This document shows, piece by piece, positions 12,097 to 26,228 of a DNA stretch of 64,000 bases (positions are counted from its first letter, which is position 1; each line of letters begins with the position of its first letter). This DNA is from Octopus vulgaris (lineage: Eukaryota), in assembly GCA_951406725.2 (NCBI GenBank), contig OX597829.1:48856001-48920000 (forward strand), read 5' to 3'. Made by a program: the position numbers and the translations under genes. The notes beneath the pieces are model-generated. The model was given only the letters and a program-made list of their open reading frames with translations. It had not been told where the DNA came from and did not search any database.

Positions 12097-12248
12097 AGTA
12101 GTAGTAGTAATAGTAGTAATAGTAGTAATAGTGGTATTAGTAGTAGTAGTAGTAGTGGCAGGAGCAGAAGCAGCAGTAGTAGTAGTAGTAGTTGTAGTAG
12201 TGGCAGGAGCAGCAGTAGTAGTAGTAGTAGTAGTAGTAGTAGTCGTAA

Positions 12249-12292
<44 letters not shown>

Positions 12293-12295
12293 ACA
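11938..12295. repeat. (AGT)n/(AGC)n microsatellite
   Basis: Direct reading. Confidence 0.95.
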
Positions 12296-12766
12296 ACATG
12301 GATGTGCTACACCGGGGTCCCCATTTAAAATCAAATCTAATCTAATAACATCGGTGGAATAGGATAAAGGAATCTGCGGAAGACTTGAAGGAAGCAGTCT
12401 TTTAACGAAGATATTAACAAAGCACAGTTTCTCCTGTGCACGATGTCTCAGTGAAACATGTGCGAAACACACACACGAAATCAACATCGGAAAGTTTACA
12501 ATTTATAAAATATAAATGGAACAAAACAGTAAGTATATAAATCGATTAATTATGCATACACTCGAATGTCTACACAATCATAGATAAATTTTAATACCCA
12601 TAGGACTACACGTATATCCCAATGTTTACACAAATACGTGAAATTTACAGGATACACACACATACACGCATATGAAAACAAATTTAAAAAAAGCAAAACA
12701 ACTTTTTATTTTCCAAACTAACACAGAGTGAACAATTCATAAGTTTTTAAAAAATCACAAAAGTCT

Positions 12767-15700
12767 ATGCCCGGAGATGAATCTATCAAAACAAAAAAAA
12801 AAGATACAGACGAATACAAACCTGTTAGCCTGAAGAAGCTACGTCACGAGCAATGTTTTCATTCAGAGAACCCGGAGGCAGTGCTGTCTCAAAAAATTAA
12901 CCCTAAACAGACAGATCCGTCCCCTAACGTCAACGTCCAAGATCGTCATGCTTCAATGATAACAAAGCAAAATACAAACCAGTTCTGCCGTCACCCGCAA
13001 TACCAAGGACCGCTTACTCGAATGATAAACCAGATTCGGTACGAAAAACCAGCTACTGGTTCAAATCTTCCCGAAACACAGGAACTGGAAGTACCCCACA
13101 ACCGGAATATCCCAACAGATGACGATCTATACTCATCATCAAATAACCAAAAGAAAATGAATGAAAAATGGTCTAGGGGAGATAATAAAGAAGTTCTTAA
13201 GGCCTTCTATCATGCCATATATTTTCCCACAAATAAATCTAATTCTGTACAAACCTACTTAAACTGGATACAGAAACACCTTGAAGTAAGACCCTACATA
13301 GACAGCAACAAACTTACCAACGTCAGATTGACCATATTAAACAATCAGTAAGGGATAAAAGGAACGAATTTGCAGCTAAAGAAGATACTACAGAGGAAAT
13401 AATTATAGACCAGCCAAGGCTGGTGAAAATGCAATGATGACTGAAAGTGTTAATGTAACTGATAAGCAAATTGAAATACTCTCTGAAACAATCATAAACA
13501 CTAAAGCAGATGAAAATCAAATAGATGAAGAAAGTCACACAGAAATTGACCCAACAGAACTACATGATCTAAAAAATCAAATCATGATTGAATGACTGAA
13601 TTTTAAAGAAACCAGTATAAATGAACCCGACACTCTCCCCAAAATTCGCAATTCTAACCAAAACCTGAAAGTAATTGGTAAAATCAGCCTTGCGCTTAAG
13701 GATATAATTTCAGCTAATGATGTTGATATTACAGATCTCAACCACATGTACTATTCATCCGCGAAAATCTCAACGATTCTATGTGGTGAAAAGATTAGAC
13801 AACGACAACATTCCCACAAAAAGCCTACTTGGCAAAAGCGAATTCAACACCAAATTCAGCTACTTAGATCTGACGTAGAATGTTTAAAAAAAACCTTTAA
13901 GTTTGACAAGACTATCAAACCAACAAAAATCCGAAAATTAAAGAAAAAAATCGAAAATGAAAACCATATTTGACATCGATACCACCATAGAAACTATCAA
14001 GCAAAAGGTTTGTGCTAAAGCTGACCGCATAGCTAGGTATGAAAAGCACGTTAGATTCTTCAAGGAAACCAGCATGTTCCAAAATAATCAAAAAAAGTTT
14101 TACAGAAAGATAGGGAAAATACCAGTGACAGTAAAGTCTGCACCATAAAAAGAAGTGTATAAAATACTAACATCTGTCTTGACTGAATATACCTATAGTT
14201 CTTTTTTATATAGAAAGTGGCATATTCCCTAATGAGCGAAAAGGATGTAAACGTGGGTCATATGGTTGTAAAGATCAGCTATGCATTAATGAGAACTTGG
14301 AAGATTGTCACAGACGACACAAAAACTTGTCGATAGCCTGGATAGACTATAAAAAAGCTTTTGATAGTCGACTACATAGGTGGATTAAGAAATGTCTGGA
14401 AATGTATAAAAATAGCACCTACTCAGCGAAACTTCATGGAGAACTACAATGACTTTGAACAGTGACAATGAATCTCTTAATGCTGGAGATGTAAGAATTT
14501 CATGCGGCATTTTCCAGGGTGACTCACTATCACCGCTCCTCTTCTGTTTAGCCTTAATACCTCTCTCAAAATTGCTCAATGATGCACAGTACGGTTGTAA
14601 AATGTTTGATAAAAATATAAATCATCTCATATACATGGATGATTAAAAGCTCTTTGCAAAAAATGACCAACAACTCAATAGCTTACTAGCGATTGTTAAA
14701 CAATTCAGTGATGACATCAGGATGCAATTGGGCTTCGATAAATATGCAAAAGCTACCTTTATCAAAGGAAAAAATCACAGAAACATCCTTTGTTAATCTT
14801 GACCAGCAAATATCATAAAGGAGTTAGAACCAGCGGAGAGCTACAAATACTTAGGGGGTATTTGAAGGGAACAGAATCAAACATTCAGTGATGAGGGAAA
14901 GGATCAGAAGAGAATGTTATCTCAGGGTAACGGCAATACTCAAGACAGAGCTGAATGCAAGAAACAGGATCGAAGCGATCAATGCTTTAGCCATGGCAGC
15001 CGTGACTTACAGTTTGAATATTAATAACTGGTCAATTATTGAAATATGTAAACTTGACAGAGAAATACGAAAACTGTTGACAATGCTCAGAATATACCAC
15101 CCTAAGAAAAGAGGGTCACCGTGGACTTTTACAACTGGAATTAACAATGAAGATTGCCACAATAGTCCTAGACACTTACCTGAAAAACTCTGAGGACTGG
15201 ATGTTAATACTTATCTCAAAGCATGAAAACAAGATAGCATCATACCCAGTAACAAAACAGGTAAAGGAATATCTAAGTGAATTCCAAATACAACAAATTC
15301 CAGAATTAGACGTAATGGAAACAAGCACAGAAAAAGCTAAGCGTATGAAAAACCGTGCTAAACCCGCTGCCTTAGATATTTTTACTGATAAATGGCAAGA
15401 AAACCGCTCGATGGCAAATTCCCAAAGAGAGCTAATAATGCCGATGTTGACAAAGCTCTTACTCATCAATGGTTAGTGTCTTCTGGCTCAAAATCAGAAA
15501 CAGAAGGTTTTACTATAGCAGCCCAAGATCAATGCCTACCTACATGAAACTACCAGACCAACATATTAAAGAACAGCAGTAGCCCAACATGTCGTTTATA
15601 TCAGTAACAAAATGAAACAATTGATCATGTTATCTCCAAGTGCAGTCTTCTTGCGCCGACAGAGTATCTCAACGGTCATGAAAGAGCAGCACAATATATT

Positions 15701-16310
15701 CACTGGGTAATTTACAAAAACCTGGACCTGCCCCATTATAAAAACTGTTAGGAACACAAACCACCTCTAGTGATTAAAAATAATCACATCTCACTCCTCT
15801 GGATCTTCACCATTCAAACTGACAGAAAGATAGAAGCGAATAGGCCAGACATTTTGAAAGACTTCAGACAAAAATCATATAAATCTATATGTCAAGACCT
15901 ACCAAAATTTGAGCAAGTATAAAGGTCTTGAAATGGAAATTGGCAAAATGTGGAACCTCAAGACTAAAACAATACCTGTTGTTATAGGTATCCAAAGAAT
16001 GATAGCAAAAGGGGTTGATTGCTACCTAGCTCATATACCAGGAAACCCCAAAATGTCAGATTTTCAAAAGATAGTGCTCATGGGAACTACCCATATCTTA
16101 CGTAAAATACTGTCAATGTAATCTCAAATTTTAAAACAAATTCATAATTTTCTTGTTGTCTTAAACATTCTCTAGAACAACACTATGTACAAAACCAAAT
16201 ATATGACAACCTTGGCATAACACTAACATGAACTTCTAACTTGTCTCTTGAGGTCTGTGGGTGAGATTTGGAGCTAACTTGTACAAATACAAGTCAAAAG
16301 TCAAATATAT
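12767..16310 (+). mobile_element. Near full-length decayed R4/Dong-like LINE (RT plus restriction-like endonuclease)
   Basis: The frame-shifted ORF has an N-terminal KWSRGDNKEVLKAFY, then KPTWQKRI, AWIDYKKAFDS, GIFQGDSLSPLLFCL and HLIYMDD (14632-14643). It continues with ETIDHVISKC, the RPD endonuclease motif and IPVVIG..QKIVLMGTTHILRKILSM* (16121). The 3' UTR ends in (AAT)n. There is an internal deletion near 14150. Confidence 0.93.
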
Positions 16311-16361
16311 AATAATAACAATGAAAACAACAACAACAACGATAAAGAATAATAATAATAA

Positions 16362-16920
16362 AGCCCTGATGCAATACCAGGCAGTGGCTCTCGTGGCTTC
16401 TGATCTTAACTGATTGGAAGTGTTATCATGTACATTGTTTTGTCTTGGTATAAAAGATGGGCTACAGCAAATATTCTGCTCAATACCACAGATTTGCTTT
16501 TCAGTTGTTTGACCTTAACCAGTTGAGCATGTCCCTTAGTGACTGGCGATATGTGCATCTCTGATCATGAACAAAAGCAGTTGGGGAACATCATAACCAT
16601 GTGCCGAGAGGGATTCTTTGGGGTTTAGATAATTCACCTCTGGAAACATGGGTGTGTCGTTCAATATCCTTAAACAACCCTTATTCAGGGACCTTTTGAG
16701 TAGAATGGGCACCATGAACTGAAGAAAATTCTAACTGGGCCACATCTGCAAGGTCATGCGCTGTTTATCTTGATATGACATCACCATGTCACGCACATAT
16801 GGTTGTGATGCATATGCCTGGTGTACATTTATCATACGGGTAGTCATGATGGATATAATGGGCTTCGTATAATTATACCCCAGTGTCACTTTGATGGCAT
16901 GCACTGCTCTCTCACTCAAT
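16362..16920 (+). mobile_element. Non-coding ~560-bp element inserted in (AAT)n
   Basis: gccctgatgca...gcatgcactgctctctcactc then AATAAT. Other copies lie at 18343-18812 (+), 21063-21200 (-) and 21733-21905 (-). Confidence 0.8.
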
Positions 16921-16927
16921 AATAACA

Positions 16928-17002
<75 letters not shown>

Positions 17003-17003
<1 letters not shown>

Positions 17004-17197
17004 CTACGCAAAATACTTTCTATGTAATCTCAAGGTGTAAAACAAACATAATATTTAGACATTCATTAGTACAACCCCCCCCCCAATATATGGCACTCTA
17101 GGCATAACAACAACATGAACTTCCAACCTGTTGTCTCTTGAGGTCTCTGGATGAGACTTGGAGCCAACTTGTACAAATATAAAGCAAAAGTCAAACA
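17003..17197 (+). mobile_element. 5'-truncated 3' end of the 12767-16310 LINE family
   Basis: Aligns by eye with 16098-16310 (LRKILSM* plus UTR). Flanked by (AAT)n. Confidence 0.85.
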
Positions 17198-17309
17198 TAG
17201 AATAATAATAATAATATTAATAACAATAATAATAATAATAATAATAATTTTGGTGGGAGGGGGTTAGACGATAACATCGACCCTAACTTTAATTGCAAAG
17301 AAAATGAAA

Positions 17310-18320
17310 TCAATAGCATAGCAAAATGCGCTTGAACAATTGACTGATAGGTGGGAACAAAAGCCTCTGCATGGCAAATATGTGGCCCGTAGCAAACAGG
17401 CTGATGTAGACCAGAATCCAACCCATCAGCAGATACGGGGCTCAGGGTTAAAGGCAGAGAGTGAAGGCTTTATCTTGGCTGCCCAAGACCAGAGCTTATT
17501 GATCAGGAACTATCAAGCCAATGTGATGAAAAATGGTGTAAACCCAAAGTGCCGATGCTACAGCGATGAGATAGAAACAGTCGACCACATAATCTCTGGA
17601 TGTAAGGTTTTAGCATCTGTAGAGTACAAATCAAGACATGACAGACTTGGCCAATATCAATATTGGATAATATGTCGGCATTATAAAATCAAATCTGCCG
17701 ACAAATAGTACAAGCACCACCCTTAGGCTGTAACTGAGAGAGATGAAACTATTCTTTGGGACTTCCTAGTATGTTCAGACTGGGCCATCAAAGCAAACAA
17801 ACCAGTTGTGAAAGACCAAAACAATAAAGTATATTTATTGATTGACACGAGCATACTCTGTAACCATAATATCTAGACGAAAGCATTTGATAAACTCGGA
17901 AAATATAAAGATTTGCTAATCGAAATCGAAAAGATGTGGCATCTGAAGGCGGTTACAATACCAGTGATTGTAGGGGCACTTGGAATGACCAAAAAAGGAA
18001 ATGAAAATTATTTAAGAATGATCCCTCGCTTACTATCCATACAGGAAGTGCAAAAGATTGTCTTCACTGGTACGTCACACGCATTGAGAAGAGCATTGTC
18101 ACTGTGAATTTTCTTTCTCTTTTCCCTTCTATTTTTTGTTTGTTTATTATTTATTTATTATTTCTGTCTTTCTTCCCCTTTTTCTCTATCACATGACTTC
18201 GTAAATGTACTATTTAGTGTGTTTATTTTAATAGCCTACCAATGTATACTGTTCGTTTCTCTATCCTAGGTGTCAGGAAGACACTCGGCAAGAAATGGAA
18301 ACAGAATTGAAAGAAGATGA
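17310..18320 (+). mobile_element. R4/Dong-like LINE family 2, endonuclease domain and 3' UTR
   Basis: WEQKPLHGKY..ESEGFILAAQDQSL..KCRCY..ETVDHIISGC..RHD, then IPVIVGALG..QKIVFTGTSHALRRALSL* (18107). Confidence 0.9.
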
Positions 18321-18342
18321 TAATGAAAATAATAATAATAAA

Positions 18343-18812
18343 TGCCCTGATGCAGTACTCGACAGTGGCTCCCATGGTATAAAAGATGGGCTACAGCAAA
18401 TATTCTGCTCAATACCACAGATTTGCTTGTCAGTTGTTTGACTTTAACCAGTTGAGTATGTCCCTTAGTGGCTGACGATATGTGCATCTCTAATCACGAG
18501 CAGAAGTAGTGGGGGTGGCATCATAGCCATGGGTTGAGAGGGATTGTTTGCAGTTTGAATAATTCACCTCTGGAAACATGGCTGTTTCGTTCAACATCCT
18601 TAAACAACCCTTATTCACTCGACCTGAAGAAAATTCTAACTGGGACCTACCTGCAAGGTCATACGCTGTTTATCTTGATGAGATCACCACATGGTTGTGA
18701 TGCATGTGCTTGGTGTACCCTTATCATACGCGTAGTCGTGATGGGTATACTGGGCTTCGTATATTTGTACTCCAATATCACACTTTGCTGGCATGCACTG
18801 CTCTCTCGCTCA
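18343..18812 (+). mobile_element. Second copy of the (AAT)n-associated non-coding element
   Basis: Colinear with 16362-16920, with internal deletions. Confidence 0.8.
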
Positions 18813-18829
18813 ATAATAATAATTATGGT

Positions 18830-19040
18830 TTAAAATTTTGGCACAAGACCAGCAACGTCGGAAGAGGGATTAAGCCGATTACATCGACCCTAGTGATCAA
18901 CTGGTTCTTATTTTATCGAGCCTGAAAGGATGACAGGTGAAGTCGACCTCAGCGGAACTTGAACTCAGAACGTAAAGACGGCGGAAATGACGTTAAACAT
19001 TTTAGCCGGTGCGGTAACGATTCCACCGACTCGCCACCTT
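18830..19040 (-). mobile_element. Nin/Deu-domain SINE (diverged)
   Basis: Family core and tRNA-like head are recognisable. Confidence 0.75.
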
Positions 19041-19096
19041 CATAATAATAACAATAACAATAAATTACAACAACAACAACAACAACAACGATAATG

Positions 19097-19149
<53 letters not shown>

Positions 19150-19712
19150 CATCATCATCGAAAGGATGCTGTTAACAACTAGAATAGGAAGATAAATATG
19201 GCGGAAAAGAGAGAAAAAAATTAAGATGAAGAAAGAAGAGGAGGAAGAAGAAGAGAATAAGATATATTGCTTTGGCCTAGGCATCTACATGTCATTTACA
19301 AGCATTCAGATTAGAATGGTGTATACACATATACACACATACGCACACACACACATGTATCTGTATATGTTTAAGTTTATGCATATATGTGAATGCTATA
19401 TACATATGTGCGTGTGTATGTCTGTCTGTTGTGTGTGTCTGTGCGTGTGCGTGTACTTATACGTTTGTGTGCGTATATGTATGTGTGCACATAATATTTT
19501 TGTCTTCCCCCTCTTTTACTGCCCAGGAGAGCGAAAATAATCAATAAATGCAAAATCTGACCAGTTCCTACCGAATAAATTAGCACGAAGTAGTGACAAG
19601 ATTTCATTAGAATGGTGTATCTGACAGGTTTGCGAGTTGTAAAGCGGAATCGATATATTCACGTTGTATAATAACATCCGAGCGAAAGGCGACGAATATA
19701 CAGTAGAGAAAA

Positions 19713-19820
<108 letters not shown>

Positions 19821-20063
19821 GTAGTTATTTTTATTATCCTTTTAGTTTGAAGAAAATCGTCGCTGAGGTGGTGTCACAATCTTGCTTAACGATTCGGTGT
19901 AACGTTAGGCATGCTAATGAGGTGAATATTGGAGACTAAAGCATAGAATTGCCAGAGGTAAAGTACGGCTCATAATCGTTAGGGTATTGCAGAAAACTGG
20001 CAGAAGAAACACGAGCTTCCAGGCGGCTTGCTTTCTGCTGGTCTTTCTCGTGTGGTCACATAC

Positions 20064-20097
<34 letters not shown>

Positions 20098-20703
20098 CAC
20101 TAGGGAAATATCTGTATGCCATGTTATTTATTTCTTCCTGTAGACGTTTTCCTACTTTGACTCTGACATCATAGATTTTGTGCGATGATTTGTGCGTCGC
20201 ATTCACCGAGTTTTATTCTCAAATGTGATTGCACATTTTCTTTTCTTTTATTTGATCAATCTCAATGCGTACATTCTATGTACGTTCATAAAATTATTAC
20301 TGTTTATGTTTAGTCTAAAGATGAGATTCTTTTCTCCCCAAATCCAGTATGTTTGTTCAGTGTTTGACAGTACAGATGTATAATACATGGAAATAAGCCT
20401 AAATAACCTATTCGTTGTCTTTCTCGGGCAATTCCTGTCTCTTAATTTGGTGTTGGACATGGAGGTTCTTCAGAAAGATTTGTCCTATCGAAAATGACAT
20501 CCAGCCTCATATTGTTGGCAATGTTTGAACTAGCGCCAAACTTTTCGACCTTTGTCTGGTTACTCTTGCAGAGATGCAGGCTTCGATCGTTCCAGTATAA
20601 AATCGGATTGGTTGTTACTGAGATATGATGGAAATGTGTGAGCAAGGTTCCATAATGGCAGGCATTTTTATTTAGATAGGTTGTCTATCATGGCTCCAAA
20701 CGA

Positions 20704-20915
20704 CTTGGCAGAAACGTTAGCACGCCGGGCGAAATGCGTAACCGCATTTCGTCTGCCGTTACGTTGTGAGTTCAAATTCCACCGAAGTCGACTTTGCCTT
20801 TCATCGATTCGGGGTCGATAAATTAAGTACCAGTTACGCACTGGGGTCGATGTAATTGACTTAATCCCTTTGTCTGTCCCCTCTATGTTTAGCCCCTTGT
20901 GGGCAATAAAGAAAT
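20704..20915 (+). mobile_element. Nin/Deu-domain tRNA SINE
   Basis: tggcagaaacgttagc (A box), gagttcaaattcc (B box) and gcctttcatc..cggggtcgataaattaagtaccag. Confidence 0.85.
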
Positions 20916-21269
20916 ATATCTACCCTTAGCGGAAGAAGGCTATCCCACTCTGGTAGTCAATCCAGAAAACGACTCTCCCAGTTGGTATTTTATATCAAAC
21001 TTCTCGTTTCCTAGACGGGTTACCTACATCACAGCTTTTATTAATTTACCCTGTTATTATTATTGAGCAGCGCATACCATCAAAGTGACACTGGGGAACA
21101 AATATACGAAGCCTAATATACCCGTCACGACTACTCGTCTGATAAGAGTACACCTGGCACATGCATCACAGCCACATGTGCGCAACATGATGACCTCATT
21201 TATTATTATTGCAATTATTGTTATTGTGGTTGATTTTATTGTTGTTGTTATCATTATCATTATTATTAA

Positions 21270-21715
21270 TTTTCTTTCAATTTTATTTCTATTTCTTGCC
21301 GAGTGTCTTCCCAACACATAGGGTATAGATATACATTGAGAGGTCATCAAAATAAACACACCAGATTGTTCATTTATAAAGTCAAGATATGCGATAGAAA
21401 AAAAAAGGAAAAAGAAAAAAAAAGGAAAAAAAAAAGAAAAAAGGAATAAAACGAAGAAATAAAAATATTAAGAAAATTCGCAGCGACGAGGCTCTTCTCA
21501 ATACGTCTGACATGCCAGTTGAAACAATCATTTGCACTACTTTCATGGATGCTGAGCCAGGGATCAGTCTCATATAATTTCCAGTTCCCTTTTTGATAAT
21601 TCCAAGTGCTCCTACAAACACTGATATTGTAACCATCTTGTGATGCCACATTACTTTGATTTCAACGAGCAAACCTTTATATTTTCTGAGCTTGTCAAAT
21701 CTTTTTGCCGAGATT
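21270..21715 (-). mobile_element. R4/Dong family 2 3' end
   Basis: LVEIKVMWHHKMVTISVFVGALG..LRRASSL plus a UTR matching 18110-18320. Confidence 0.85.
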
Positions 21716-21914
21716 ATTATTATTATTATTAACGAGTGAGAGAGCAGTGAATGTCATCAAAGTGACACTGGGGTAAAATATACGAAGCCCAGTTATGCCC
21801 ACCATGACTACCCGTCTGATAAGCACATGAATCACAACTATATGTGCGCGACATAGTGATCTCATATCAAGATAAACAGCACATGACCTTGCAGGTGGGG
21901 CCCAGTTTTATTTT

Positions 21915-22220
21915 TATCACGTGCTTTCACTGCACTACTGAGCGCTGTTCTGTGTGCCTTGGGTATGTGCAGTGGTTTGTCGTGATGCTTTTATTTTTAC
22001 TGTACGGAAAGTGCTTTATATAGGATGTGTGCGGTGCTTAGTAGTACTATTTTCTGTATGTTATATATACTTGTTAGTCCTGATGCTTTTGTTATGTGTT
22101 TGTCTGAATACTTTTTTTTACTATACCTAATGCGCCTAATACAATAGGAATTGTCTCTGTTTTTAGACTCCACATTTGAGTTACCTCTATTCCAGGTCTT
22201 TGTATTTTGAAAGTTTCTTC
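21915..22220 (-). mobile_element. 3' end of another RLE-type LINE
   Basis: The minus strand reads MWSLKTETIPIV(L)GALG and IQKIVLLSTAHILYKAL. Confidence 0.75.
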
Positions 22221-22234
22221 GTTTATTTTATTAT

Positions 22235-22267
22235 TATTATCATCATCATCATCATCATCCTCATCAC

Positions 22268-22324
<57 letters not shown>

Positions 22325-22456
22325 CATCAGCATTACCATCATCATCACCACCATCATCATCACCATCATCACCATCATCATCATCATCACCATCACCATC
22401 ACCATCACCATCATCACTATCATCATCATCATCATCACCATCACCATCACCATCAC

Positions 22457-22502
<46 letters not shown>

Positions 22503-23001
22503 GTTATTATTGTTGTTGTTGTTGTTGCTGTTGTTGTGATCATCATCGTCATCCTTCTCCTTCTCCTCCTCCTCCTCCTCCTCCTCCTCATCATCATCAT
22601 CATCTTCCTAATCATCATCATCCTCATCAACTTCCTCTCCCCCTCCTCCTCCTCCTCCTCATGCTTTATTTTTGCAAACACTTCAGACATTCAGATGTTG
22701 GAACTGTCCGCACATTTCAGTTGGCCCCTTACTGCTTCTTCTTCTTCTTCTTCTTCTTCTTCTTCTTCTTCTTCTTCTTCTTCTTCTTCTTCTTCTTCTT
22801 CTTCTTCTTCTTCTTCTTCTTCTTCTTCTTCTTCTTCTTCTTCTTCTTCTTCTACTACTGTGCCTTATATAAACAACACTTCTCCTCTTAAAATTCCTTG
22901 CTTTACCAAGAAGTGCCGTCTTACTGCGCAATCTGTAACCTTCCACTAATTCCGATTTTATTTGCATAGTCCTCGAAACTGTGCGATGCGCATCCCGATA
23001 C

Positions 23002-23054
<53 letters not shown>

Positions 23055-23091
23055 TTCACCACCATCATCATCATCACCACCATCATCGTCG

Positions 23092-23162
<71 letters not shown>

Positions 23163-23205
23163 GTCATCATCATCATCGTCATCATCATCATCATCACCAT
23201 CATTA
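22235..23205. repeat. Cluster of (CAT)n, (CCT)n and (CTT)n microsatellites
   Basis: Direct reading. Confidence 0.95.
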
Positions 23206-23478
23206 TTATTCAGTATCGTTAAATGCCGGGATGTCGAATCCGTAGAAGTCAAAGAGTTGCTTACAGGCAATGTAATGGTCAAGCTTACGTAGTAGGTTTA
23301 ACAGATAAACTATGAACAGGCAGTTGCAAGGCATTAAACTATGTATGTATGTATGTCTATGTATGTATGTATGTATGTATGTATGTATGTATGTATGTAT
23401 GTATGTATGTATGTATCTATGTATGTATATATGTATGCATATATGCTTGTATGTATGTAGGTATCTATCCATCTATCC

Positions 23479-23514
<36 letters not shown>

Positions 23515-23932
23515 GTCTGTCTGTCTGTCTGTCTGTCTGCATGCCTATCTGTCTGTCTGCATGCCTATCTGTCTGTCCCTTTATCTTTCTCTTTTTCTTT
23601 CTTTCTCTCAGAGAGAAAGAGGGAGAGAGAGAGAGCGAGAGAAATATCCAGATAGTTTTGGCTGACGAACTACAAGTGGATTTTTTTGTAAGTAAAATTA
23701 CATTTAATTCATTAATAGCGAAACAATTGTCCCAAAATAATCTGTATTTTTGTTATTTTTTATTTGCCCTGTCCGTGTGAGCTAACATTCGTACTGACTT
23801 TCATGGGAAACATGTATTTTTGTGGTTGAAACCTTTTGGATTAACTAGTGCTAGAGTGAGCCATATAGTGACCACTCTCTTATATTTATTTTATATCTAT
23901 ATATCTATATCTATATATATCCATATGTCTCT

Positions 23933-23984
<52 letters not shown>

Positions 23985-23994
23985 ACCTACCTAC

Positions 23995-24046
<52 letters not shown>

Positions 24047-24049
24047 TTA

Positions 24050-24118
<69 letters not shown>

Positions 24119-24743
24119 ATCTATCTATCTATCTGTGTTTTTGGTGTCTATAGCTGTGAGCATTTTTGCTGTATATATTTTTGTGGTGTTGGTTTGGCTG
24201 TTGTTTGTGGTGGGTTTCGAAATGTCTTCGGGAGATGTGTTTCCCCTTGCTTTGTTTGTGTTTGCATTTGGTTTGGCACGTCAGTGTGTCTTATATGTGT
24301 TTATATATATATATACATATATGTGTGTGTGTGTTTGTATGGACATGGACAGATTTTATATAGTAATTAAAATTTTATTGTATTTACAAACCTACAAGAA
24401 ATAACAACCTTTATTTCGCCTACCCCTTACACAACCAATATAGATACGACTAACCATATCGTCTGCTTTCAAGCAAATAGACATCTGAACGCTCACGTTG
24501 CAGCATATGTATGTTTGTACACAAATGTGTGCGTATATGTTCCACACGCACCAAAATATGTATATACGAATACAAATGTATATATATATATATATATGTA
24601 TGTATGTGTTTTCATTTAATCATTATCAGCTAGAACGTTCATTAAAAGTTTATTGAATTCTTTTATAAAATTCTTCATTCTTTTAATGTTATTTATTTCA
24701 TTTTGTTCATCTGATTTTGTTCGTCTGATATTGACGCTTGTAC

Positions 24744-24829
24744 ATCAGGGAATGAGTGCGTGCCCGTGTGTTTATTATATACATCTGTGTGTTTCTAGTT
24801 ATATATTCAAACGTGTCTGAATGCACATC

Positions 24830-24895
<66 letters not shown>

Positions 24896-25065
24896 CATGT
24901 ATATATATGTATATATACACATCTCTCTGTAAATATATACATGTGTGCGTGTATATGTGATGTGTGTGCGTGTATTTGTATGTGTGTATATATATATGTA
25001 TATATGTGTATATATATACAAATTAAATTAGAGATAAAACCATATACATACATAAATACACACAC

Positions 25066-25115
<50 letters not shown>

Positions 25116-25228
25116 CACGTGACCGACCAGACCATCAGATGTTGTTACACATCGCTGGTCACAATGCGTTCGCATTGTTTTAGCCTTCGAATGACGCCAC
25201 CCCGCTAGCTATATATATATATATATAT

Positions 25229-25288
<60 letters not shown>

Positions 25289-25363
25289 GTGCATTCAGAC
25301 GCGTTTGAATATATAACTACAAACACACAGATGTATATAAACACACGGGCACGCACTCACTCC

Positions 25364-25368
<5 letters not shown>
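24744..25368. repeat. ~83-bp inverted repeat (24744-24828 / 25287-25368) around microsatellites
   Basis: atcagggaatgagtgcgtgcccgtgtg...tctgaatgcacat is matched by its reverse complement. It encloses a ~95-bp repeat (25115-25210) also found inverted at ~45690-45790. Confidence 0.85.
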
Positions 25369-25444
<76 letters not shown>

Positions 25445-25450
<6 letters not shown>

Positions 25451-25815
25451 ATTAGTCAGAAATACTCGGGCACTGGGCGACAGCGTACAGAACGGTTTCG
25501 TTGCTCTGCGAGCATTTCGTGCAAGCCCGGGAAACTGCATTTCCTTATCCGTAGAGTTTATCCTGAACAGGCAGTGTCCTCCGGTAACACTGCCAGGCCA
25601 AGTATTCCCGGCTCGAATGTTCTCGGGAACAAAACCGACCAACTCATTCTCGTCGACACCCGGAGTCTCCCCGAGAACGTCGTCGCATTCATCCACATCT
25701 AACTCTCTATAGAAAGCAATAGTGAAATTTCCACTGACCGCATTGCCCCACAGACAGGGGAGTAGTGGCGTCTGACGACACTCTAGATGCCAGACGCCCT
25801 GTTTCCGTCCCTGGT
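25445..25815 (-). mobile_element. Tx1/L1-like LINE ORF2 C-terminal (zf-RVT-like) fragment
   Basis: [20 protein letters not shown] and [19 protein letters not shown]. Homologous to 58175-58860. Confidence 0.7.
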
Positions 25816-25819
25816 TGCA

Positions 25820-26228
25820 GAAGAAGAAGGAGAAGAAGAAGAAGAAGAAGAAGAAGAAGAAGAAGAAGAAGAAGAATTGGAAGAAGAAGACGAAGAGGAA
25901 GAAGAAGAGGAAGGAGGAGGAGGTGGTGGAGGTGGAGGAGGATGAGAAGAAGAAGAAGAAGAAGAAGAAGTAAAAAGAAGAAGAAGAAGGAGGAGGAGGT
26001 GGAGGAGGAGAAGAAGAAAAAGAAGAATTAGAAGAGAAGACAAAGAAGAAGAAGGAGAAGAAGAAGAAGAAGAATTGGAAGAAGAAGAGGAAGAAGAAGA
26101 GGAAGGAGGAGGTGGTGGTGGAGGTGGAGGAGGATGAGAAGAAGAAGGAGAAGAAGAAGGAGGAGGAGGAGGTGGTGGAGGTGGAGGAGGATGAGAAGAA
26201 GAAGGAGAAGAAGAAGAAGAAGAAGAAA
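25820..26228. repeat. (GAA)/(GGA) polypurine tract with higher-order duplication
   Basis: Direct reading. Confidence 0.9.

Noticed and set aside
20200-20690. CR1/L2-like LINE 3' remnant on the minus strand
   Set aside because: Only a faint EEPPCP-type similarity is present, with no continuous motif.
22670-23290. Host exons between trinucleotide repeats
   Set aside because: The peptides are short and unrecognisable, and the splice signals are not consistently paired.
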